Source of the DNA: Isoptericola halotolerans
GTDB lineage: Bacteria; Actinomycetota; Actinomycetes; Actinomycetales; Cellulomonadaceae
Direction of reading: 5' to 3'
Length of the DNA stretch: 64,000 nt
Assembly: GCF_013149785.1 (NCBI RefSeq)
Contig: NZ_JABEZU010000002.1
Location: 620,001 to 684,000 of the forward strand
The position numbers were made by a program, and so were the translations under genes. This document shows, one piece after another, positions 57,157-64,000 of this stretch. The notes below the pieces were generated by a model. That model saw nothing but the letters and a program-made list of their open reading frames with translations, did no database searches and had not been told where the DNA came from. The first letter of the stretch is position 1, and every line of letters begins with the position of its first letter.

Positions 57157-58389
57157 TCAGAGGACCGAGCGCACCTGGGCGACGGCGTCCTCGACGGACG
57201 TCACCGACGTGTCGATGACCAGGTCGGCGTCGTCCGGCTCCTCGTACGGCGAGGAGATGCCGGTGAACTCAGCGATCTCGCCGGCGCGCGCCTTGGCGTA
57301 CAGGCCCTTGCGGTCGCGTGCCTCGCAGACCTCCAGCGGCGTCGACACGTGGACGAGCACGAAGCGCCCCGCGGCCTGCGCGAGCTCGCGCACGCGGGCC
57401 CGCCCGCTGGCGAACGGTGCGATGGGGGCTGCGACGGCGATCCCGCCGTGGTGGGCGACGAGCGAGGCCACGTAGCCGATCCGTTCGACGTTCAGCTCGC
57501 GGGAGGCCTTGTCGAAGCCGAGGCCCTTGGACAGGTGCTGGCGCACCTCGTCCCCGTCGAGGAGCGTGGTGGGCAGCCCCTCGTCGTCGAGCTCGGCGGC
57601 CAGCGCACGGGCGACCGTCGACTTGCCCGAGCCGGACAGGCCGGTGAAGAACACGACGGTGCCCTCGCGGCGGGCGCCCTGGGCGGTGCGGGAGATCTCT
57701 GCGGCGACCGGGTCGGGGTACAGGGCGGCGACCTCGTCGGCCCAGAGGCGGTCGAGGCGCGCCAACCGGTCGCGGGTCTCCTGGGTGCGGCGGTCGGCGA
57801 GCCGGAGGGCCCGGTCCGCCCCGTAGGCGGCGGCGACGTCGTCCCAGCGCAGCTCGGCCGTGACCGGCATGGCCGCGGGCCAGGGGACGACGGCCGCGGT
57901 CGCGCGCGCCCCGGCGCCCAGGAGCGCGTCGCGCACGACGGCGGCGGCGCGGGCCAGGCCGGGGCCTCCGAGCGTGCCGGGCGGGGGGGTGCGGCGCGTG
58001 GCGGGTGCGAGGACGACGACGGCGGCAGTGCCGGCCGCGAGGTCCGCGAGGGCGTCGATCTCGTCCCGGGTGGGCGGTTCGTCGACGACCAGGGCCAGGA
58101 CGTCGGCGTCGGGTCCGACGGCACGCCGGACCTCGTCGCGGACGTCGTGGGCGCCGCGGCGCAGGGCGGCGTCCCAGTGGGGTCCGGCGGCGCGGGCCAA
58201 GGGCTTCACGGGGGTGGCGCGCCCGTCGCTCTCCAGGACGGCGAGGGGCGTGTTCTCGGCGTCGGTGAGGGTGACGGGTCGGTCCGTCACCGTGCCGAGC
58301 GCCATCGTGGGCGTGCCGCCGCCCAGGTGGAGCTCGAGCAGGTCCAGCTCGTCCGAGGTCAGGACGTGCGTCGTCGCGGGGAGGTTCAT
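57157..58389 (-). CDS. cysC: Adenylyl-sulfate kinase with degenerate N-terminal Sat-like region
   Basis: C-domain [42 protein letters not shown]. Confidence 0.92.
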   Translation of the reverse strand: MNLPATTHVLTSDELDLLELHLGGGTPTMALGTVTDRPVTLTDAENTPLAVLESDGRATPVKPLARAAGPHWDAALRRGAHDVRDEVRRAVGPDADVLALVVDEPPTRDEIDALADLAAGTAAVVVLAPATRRTPPPGTLGGPGLARAAAVVRDALLGAGARATAAVVPWPAAMPVTAELRWDDVAAAYGADRALRLADRRTQETRDRLARLDRLWADEVAALYPDPVAAEISRTAQGARREGTVVFFTGLSGSGKSTVARALAAELDDEGLPTTLLDGDEVRQHLSKGLGFDKASRELNVERIGYVASLVAHHGGIAVAAPIAPFASGRARVRELAQAAGRFVLVHVSTPLEVCEARDRKGLYAKARAGEIAEFTGISSPYEEPDDADLVIDTSVTSVEDAVAQVRSVL

Positions 58390-58530
58390 GGGATCGTGGT
58401 GCCGTCCGGGGTGCCGGGTCGTGGGTGTCTCGGCCGTCGGTGGATCCGGGTGGCAGGCATGCTCGAAATGGTAGCCTCAGCGACGGCCTGGAGCCGACGC
58501 GCGCCACCTCCCGAGACACCGAGGAGCTCG

Positions 58531-59430
58531 ATGACCACGATCACCCCCGCCTACCCGGAGCGGGTGCTCGACGACGCCGCCCTGGCGGCCGCACTGGCCG
58601 AGGGTGCCGGGTCCGTCCTGCTCGCGCTGCGTGCCGAGACCGACGCCGCCGGTGGCACGTTCGAGCCACGCGTGTTCAAGGACGCCGGTGACGCGGCCGC
58701 CCAGTCGTGGCTGGCCGCCGCGCTCGCGCACGCCCGACCCGGCGACGCCGTGCTGTCCGAGGAGGCCAAGGACGACGCCGCGCGGACGGACGCCGACCGG
58801 GTCTGGATCATCGACCCGCTGGACGGCACGCGCGAGTTCGCCGAGCGTTCGGCGGACGTTCAAGCGGGCACGGCACCCTGGCGCGACGACTTCGCCGTGC
58901 ACGTCGCCCTGTGGGTCCGTGGCGTCGAAGACGTCACGGACGGTCCCGGTGGCCTGGCCGCCGGGGCGGTGGCCCTGCCCGCGCGCGGCGTGGTGCACAC
59001 GACCGGTGCGCCGTCTCCGGCCGCTGACCGGGAGGCGGACGCCCGTGCCGTGCTCGCGGGGGAGCGGCCGCTGCGGATCGCCGCCAGCCGGAGCCGTCCG
59101 CCCGCGTTCGTCGCCGAGCTGGCCCGGCGCGACGACGTCGAGCTGGTCCCGATGGGGTCGGCCGGTGTGAAGGTCGTCTCCGTCGTGGACGGTACGGTCG
59201 ACGCCTACGTGCACGGCGGCGGCCAGTACGAGTGGGACTCCGCGGCTCCGGTCGCGGTCGCGCTCGCGGCCGGGTACGACTGCACGAGGCTCGACGGCAC
59301 CCCGCTCGAGTACAACCGCCAGGATCCCTGGCTCCCCGATCTGTTCGTCTGCCACCCGGCCCTGGCCGTGCACCTGCGCGCGGCGCTCCAGGGAGTCGGC
59401 GTGGCGATCAAGGAAGGTGCCCAGTCGTGA
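58531..59430 (+). CDS. cysQ: 3'(2'),5'-bisphosphate nucleotidase (PAP phosphatase)
   Basis: VLSEE, WIIDPLDGTREF, ASRSR, MGSAGVK, QYEWDSAAP; GAGGAG RBS. Confidence 0.92.
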   Translation: MTTITPAYPERVLDDAALAAALAEGAGSVLLALRAETDAAGGTFEPRVFKDAGDAAAQSWLAAALAHARPGDAVLSEEAKDDAARTDADRVWIIDPLDGTREFAERSADVQAGTAPWRDDFAVHVALWVRGVEDVTDGPGGLAAGAVALPARGVVHTTGAPSPAADREADARAVLAGERPLRIAASRSRPPAFVAELARRDDVELVPMGSAGVKVVSVVDGTVDAYVHGGGQYEWDSAAPVAVALAAGYDCTRLDGTPLEYNRQDPWLPDLFVCHPALAVHLRAALQGVGVAIKEGAQS

Positions 59431-60329
59431 CATCCCACGTCCTGAGCCAGCTCCGCAGCCTCGAGGCGGAGAGCATCCACATCATCCGTGAGGTGGTCGC
59501 CGAGATGCAGCGGCCCGTGCTGCTGTTCTCCGGCGGCAAGGACTCGATCGTCATGCTGCACCTGGCGGCCAAGGCCTTCGCGCCGGCGCGGATCCCGTTC
59601 CCGATCATGCACGTCGACACGGGGCTGAACTTCCAGACCGTGCTCGACTGCCGTGACCGGTGGGTCGAGCGGCTGGGCATCCAGCTGGTCGTCGCCTCCG
59701 TGCAGGACGCGATCGACCGCGGTCTGGTCAAGGAGGAGCCGAACGGCTCGCGCAACCGGATCCAGACGCCGGTGCTGCTGGAGGCCGTCGAGAAGCACGG
59801 CTTCGACGCGGCGTTCGGCGGGGGCCGCCGCGACGAGGAGAAGGCACGGGCCAAGGAGCGCGTGTTCTCCTTCCGTGACGACTTCGGTCAGTGGGACCCC
59901 AAGAACCAGCGCCCGGAGATCTGGAGCCTGTACAACGGCCGCGTCCACCAGGGCGAGTCGATCCGGGTCTTCCCGCTGTCGAACTGGACCGAGCTGGACA
60001 TCTGGTCCTACATCGCCGCGGAGAACATCGACATCCCGGACCTGTACCTCGCCCAGGAGCGCGAGGTCGTGGAGCGCGACGGCATGCTGTTCGCGGTCAA
60101 CGAGTTCACGCCGCTCAAGGAGGGCGAGACGTCCGAACGTCGCTCGGTGCGCTACCGCACCGTCGGTGACGCCAACCTGACGGCCGCCGTCGCGTCCGAC
60201 GCCACCACGCTGACCGCCATCGTCGAGGAGACCGCCGCGGTGCGCATCACCGAGCGCGGCGCCACGCGAGGCGACGACAAGGTGAGCGAGGCAGCCATGG
60301 AGGACCGCAAGCGAGAGGGCTACTTCTAA
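59427..60329 (+). CDS. cysD: Sulfate adenylyltransferase subunit 2
   Basis: LEAESIHIIREV, LFSGGKDS, GGGRRDEEKARAKER, MEDRKREGYF. Confidence 0.96.
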   Translation: MTSHVLSQLRSLEAESIHIIREVVAEMQRPVLLFSGGKDSIVMLHLAAKAFAPARIPFPIMHVDTGLNFQTVLDCRDRWVERLGIQLVVASVQDAIDRGLVKEEPNGSRNRIQTPVLLEAVEKHGFDAAFGGGRRDEEKARAKERVFSFRDDFGQWDPKNQRPEIWSLYNGRVHQGESIRVFPLSNWTELDIWSYIAAENIDIPDLYLAQEREVVERDGMLFAVNEFTPLKEGETSERRSVRYRTVGDANLTAAVASDATTLTAIVEETAAVRITERGATRGDDKVSEAAMEDRKREGYF

Positions 60330-60332
60330 GCC

Positions 60333-61643
60333 ATGAGCACCACGACCGAGAACCTGGCCGAGGCCCTGACCGACGGCTCCACGGACCTGCTGCGCTTCGC
60401 GACGGCCGGGTCCGTCGACGACGGCAAGTCGACCCTCATCGGCCGCCTGCTGTTCGACTCGAAGACGATCTTCGAGGACCAGCTCGACTCCGTGGAGAGT
60501 GTCTCCAAGGACCGCGGCAACGACTACACCGATCTCTCGCTGCTCACCGACGGCCTGCGGGCCGAGCGGGAGCAGGGCATCACGATCGACGTCGCCTACC
60601 GCTACTTCGCGACGCCGAAGCGCAAGTTCATCATCGCGGACACCCCGGGCCACACCCAGTACACGCGGAACATGGTCACGGGCGCCTCGACGGCCGACGT
60701 CGCGCTCATCCTCGTGGACGCGCGCAAGGGAGTCATCGAGCAGTCGCGCCGGCACACCTTCCTCGCGACGCTCCTGGGCGTGCCGCACATCGTGGTGTGC
60801 GTCAACAAGATGGACCTCGTGGACTACTCCGAGGAGGTCTTCGAGAGCATCCGTCGCGACTTCACGGAGTTCGCCTCACGGCTGCGCGTCCCGGACCTGA
60901 CGTTCATCCCCATCTCCGCGCTGGAGGGCGACAACGTCGTCAACCGCTCGGAGAACACCCCGTGGTACGAGGGCTCGCCGCTGCTCAGCCATCTCGAGCG
61001 GCTGCACGTGGCCTCCGACCGCAACCTCGTGGACGTCCGCTTCCCGGTGCAGTACGTGATCCGGCCCCAGTCCCACGACTCGCGCGACTACCGCGGGTAC
61101 GCGGGCACGGTGGCCTCCGGCGTGATGAAGCCCGGCGACAAGGTGGTGGCGCTGCCGGCCGGCCTGGAGACGACGATCGCGTCGATCGAGACCGCCGACG
61201 GCCCCGTCGAGGAGGCCTACCCCCCGATGGCCGTCACGGTGCGCCTGACCGACGAGATCGACATCTCGCGCGGTGACATGATCGCCCGTCCGAACAACAC
61301 GCCGGCCTCGCTGCAGAACATCGACGCGCAGATCTGCTGGATGGACGAGTCGGCTCCGCTGACGGTGGGCAAGAAGTACGCGATCAAGCACACGACCCGC
61401 TGGGCGCGTGCCATGGTCAAGAACATCAACTACCGCGTGGACGTCAACACGCTGCACCGCGACGAGGACGTCACCGAGATCAAGCTCAACGAGATCGGTC
61501 GCATCCAGCTCCGGGTCACCCAGCCGTTGTTCGTCGACCCGTACCAGCAGAACCCGGAGACCGGGTCCTTCATCCTGGTCGACGAGTCCACCAACAAGAC
61601 GGTCGCCGCCGGCATGGTCGGCGGACTCCCGCACCGGGTCTGA
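60333..61643 (+). CDS. cysN: Sulfate adenylyltransferase subunit 1 (no fused CysC)
   Basis: AGSVDDGKSTLIGRLL, REQGITIDVAYRYF, DTPGH, NKMD. Confidence 0.96.
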   Translation: MSTTTENLAEALTDGSTDLLRFATAGSVDDGKSTLIGRLLFDSKTIFEDQLDSVESVSKDRGNDYTDLSLLTDGLRAEREQGITIDVAYRYFATPKRKFIIADTPGHTQYTRNMVTGASTADVALILVDARKGVIEQSRRHTFLATLLGVPHIVVCVNKMDLVDYSEEVFESIRRDFTEFASRLRVPDLTFIPISALEGDNVVNRSENTPWYEGSPLLSHLERLHVASDRNLVDVRFPVQYVIRPQSHDSRDYRGYAGTVASGVMKPGDKVVALPAGLETTIASIETADGPVEEAYPPMAVTVRLTDEIDISRGDMIARPNNTPASLQNIDAQICWMDESAPLTVGKKYAIKHTTRWARAMVKNINYRVDVNTLHRDEDVTEIKLNEIGRIQLRVTQPLFVDPYQQNPETGSFILVDESTNKTVAAGMVGGLPHRV

Positions 61644-61654
61644 GGGGCGCTGCC

Positions 61655-62296
61655 ATGCCGATCTTCACCAAGGACGGCCGCGGGGTGCTCTTCATCCATG
61701 TCCCGAAGACGGGGGGCTCCTCGATCGAGAAGCACTTCGTCGGTGCAGGGTGGAAGATGTCCTACCACGACGGGCGTATCGGCAAGGGGACGGTCAACGA
61801 CTACCGGCGGACGACGCCGCAGCACATGCATGCGGCGATGTTGCGGCAGAACTTCCGGCTGGGCAGGTTCGACGCGGTCTTCATGGTCGTGCGCGAGCCG
61901 GTCGCGCGCTTCAGGTCCGAGTACGCCTGGCGCAACGGTTCCGAGATGCGGCCCGGTGCCGCTGAGGTCGACACCTCGGCGGACGCCGTCGACGCCTGGG
62001 CCGACAAGGTGCTCGACCGCTACGGTCGGAACCCCTATGTCCTGGGCAACCATCTGCGGCCGCAGGTGGAGTTCCATGTCGACCGGGCGAAGGTGTTCTG
62101 GTTCGAGGACGGCTTGGACCGCGCGATCACCGTCCTGAACCAGGACTACGACCTCGGCCTCCCCTCGGGGATCGGCCGGGCGCGCACCAGCGAGAAGGCC
62201 AGCGGGGTCCCGAGCGGCGACGTCGAGGTGAGCCGACGGCTGGAGCGGCGCCTCAAGAAGTTCTACGCCAAGGACTACGAGACCTTCAGCTACTGA
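61655..62296 (+). CDS. Sulfotransferase family 2 protein
   Basis: FIHVPKTGGSSIE, VREPVARFRSEY, HLRPQ, YAKDYETFSY; directly follows cysN. Confidence 0.85.
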   Translation: MPIFTKDGRGVLFIHVPKTGGSSIEKHFVGAGWKMSYHDGRIGKGTVNDYRRTTPQHMHAAMLRQNFRLGRFDAVFMVVREPVARFRSEYAWRNGSEMRPGAAEVDTSADAVDAWADKVLDRYGRNPYVLGNHLRPQVEFHVDRAKVFWFEDGLDRAITVLNQDYDLGLPSGIGRARTSEKASGVPSGDVEVSRRLERRLKKFYAKDYETFSY

Positions 62297-62303
62297 CGCG
62301 GCC

Positions 62304-62341
62304 CCCCGGCCGGCCTCCCCGCGAGGGGGAGCCGGCCGGGG
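62304..62341. terminator. GC-rich hairpin between convergent genes
   Basis: CCCCGGCCGGC(C)TCCCC-GCGAG-GGGGAGCCGGCCGGGG, 16-bp stem with one bulge; no U-tract. Confidence 0.6.
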
Positions 62342-62360
62342 ACGCGCACCGACAGCCCCG

Positions 62361-63383
62361 CTACCCGGGCAGCCAGCGTCGTGCGCGACGCTTGGCCCGC
62401 CGCGCGGCGACGTGCCACAGCGGTTCGGACTCGAGGTCGGCGGCGCGTCGGCGCGCGTCGGCGAGCTGCCGTTCGGTGTCCCGGAGCAGTGCGGCGACCT
62501 CCTTGCGCTCCTGGTTGAACTCTCGTGCACGGGTGCTCAGGGCCCCGATGCGCTCGTTCGCGGCCACCTGGGCACGGACGTTCGCCAGCGCGTCGTCGCT
62601 CCAGGAGTCGACGAACCGGACCTGGTCGAGAGTCCAGCGGCCCGGGAAGGCCTCGAAGTCTGCGGCGTAGGCGTCCTCGACGGAGCGGCGCACCTCGTCG
62701 TCGAACAGGTCTCGCACCGGGGGGAGCGGTGTCTCGTTCGCACGGGGGACGTAGAGCTCCTGGTCCCTGCCGAGCGCTGCCAGGTGCTGGTGCACGTCCG
62801 CGAGCAGCTCGGGCATCGTGTGGACGTCGTACACGCGCGAGTAGGGAACGACGTCCAGCGCCAGGGCGGCGGACTGCGTACGGAAATGAGTGTCCGTCGA
62901 CAGCAGGGGGTGGCTCCGCCAGGGCTGCTGGACGGCGAACTGCCTGAAGTCCTCGATCACCTCGCCGGCGCTGGTCGGTACCCGCGGGTAGAACGGCTCG
63001 TCCGCGTAGTCGCGCAGGTACTTGCCGTGCTGCACGAGGAACTTCGACTGCCACGCGGACCAGAGCCGGCTCCAGGGATCGCGCACGACCGCGAAGACGA
63101 ACCAGCCGTTGTCCGGGTGGACCGCGCTCAGGGCCTCGGCACCGAGCTCGCCGAGGGTCGGCGTCTTCTTCCACCGTTCCCGTCCACCGTGGATCGTCAT
63201 GAGCTGGGTCTGGGTCGCTCCGGTGCTCCGAGGGAAGCTCGCGAGGTCCTCGCCGGACAGGTCGGCGACCATCCAACGCAGGGAGGTGCAGGCGGCCTTG
63301 GTGACCGACAGGTAGGCGATCTTCCGGTCGGGGATGACGAAGGAGTTGGGGGGAGCGGTTCGTGTCGTGAGCGGGGAGGCCAT
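62361..63383 (-). CDS. Sulfotransferase family 2 protein with C-terminal coiled coil
   Basis: YLSVTKAACTSLR, VRDPWSRLWSAW, HFRTQ, AYAADFEAF. Confidence 0.82.
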   Translation of the reverse strand: MASPLTTRTAPPNSFVIPDRKIAYLSVTKAACTSLRWMVADLSGEDLASFPRSTGATQTQLMTIHGGRERWKKTPTLGELGAEALSAVHPDNGWFVFAVVRDPWSRLWSAWQSKFLVQHGKYLRDYADEPFYPRVPTSAGEVIEDFRQFAVQQPWRSHPLLSTDTHFRTQSAALALDVVPYSRVYDVHTMPELLADVHQHLAALGRDQELYVPRANETPLPPVRDLFDDEVRRSVEDAYAADFEAFPGRWTLDQVRFVDSWSDDALANVRAQVAANERIGALSTRAREFNQERKEVAALLRDTERQLADARRRAADLESEPLWHVAARRAKRRARRWLPG

Positions 63384-63558
63384 CAATCCGGTCCGGGGTC
63401 GTCGAGTACGGGGGATCGGATCATATCGTCGGCGGGGCGCGGACGGCTCCGACGGTCACGCCGGCGGCGCAAGGGCGCCACGAGCCGACCCCGTACCCTT
63501 CTCCTGGGACAGATCGTCCTGATCCCGCCAGTCGGGACCATCGACAAGGAGTTCCTCT

Positions 63559-64000
63559 ATGACGAGTGCCCTGGTGATCGGCGACCTGGGGTTCACTTCG
63601 ATGTACCACCTGGGCGACGAGGCGATGTCGGAGGCGGCGGCCGAGGTGCTGACCGGGGTCGGCATCGACGTCACCCTGATCGCCGGCCAGCCTGCCGCGG
63701 CGACCGAGCGCTACGACCTGCCGGCGGTCGCACGCCCGGGTTTCCGCAAGGTCATGTCCCGGCAGCAGAAGGACGCGCTGCTCGAGGAGATCACCGACGC
63801 GCTCGCGTCCTCGCGCCCGCTTCCGGGCCCCGCCGCAAAGGTGTTCCAGGCGGTCGAGGCCGCGGACGTCATGGTCATCGGCGGCGGTGGAAACCTCAAC
63901 TCCCAGGGGACGCACCACCTGTACGACCGGGTGGCCCTGGCGCGGATGGCCGGCGCCACCGGTACGCCCTTGGTCGTGAGCAGCCAGACCGTCGGCCCGG
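63559..64000 (+). CDS. Polysaccharide pyruvyltransferase-family protein (partial)
   Basis: Own translation MTSALVIGDLG..YHLGDEAM...VIGGGGNLNS...VVSSQTVGP; AAGGAG RBS; open to window end. Confidence 0.78.
   Translation, partial: MTSALVIGDLGFTSMYHLGDEAMSEAAAEVLTGVGIDVTLIAGQPAAATERYDLPAVARPGFRKVMSRQQKDALLEEITDALASSRPLPGPAAKVFQAVEAADVMVIGGGGNLNSQGTHHLYDRVALARMAGATGTPLVVSSQTVGP

Overview
This is a 64 kb, very GC-rich actinobacterial chromosomal segment; gene content and order suggest Micrococcales (Cellulomonas/Isoptericola-like), which is an inference. The left ~23.7 kb is the conserved actinobacterial cell-envelope region: an OmpR-type two-component pair, gtrA, purK-purE, two LCP genes, an amidase, ugd, TIGR03089, whiB, a large membrane GT2, DUF5719, DUF3499, manB and Trm112-like. 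An inverted manA plus O-acyltransferase pair sits inside it. The remaining ~40 kb is a cell-wall glycopolymer island. It encodes a three-domain nonulosonic-acid (probably Kdn) enzyme, a GT29 sialyltransferase-like protein, a polysialyltransferase-like protein, glf with Galf transferases, four pyruvyltransferase-like domains, five to six sulfotransferase-like genes, a PAPS module (cysC, cysQ, cysD, cysN), TagF-like and TagE-like proteins, and a Wzm/Wzt ABC exporter. Two non-coding signals stand out. (1) An AbiEi-wHTH + DUF559/Vsr-like nuclease gene is bracketed by two ~70-bp palindromes; a third, covarying solo copy lies 10 kb away, suggesting a REP/RAYT-like system with a different enzyme. (2) Six 11-nt-period GTTCAC-type (PHO-box-like) arrays lie upstream of glycopolymer genes, suggesting a phosphate-starvation switch to a phosphate-free anionic wall polymer. 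No rRNA, tRNA, CRISPR array or transposase was recognised. All family assignments come from motif recognition by eye, not database searches.
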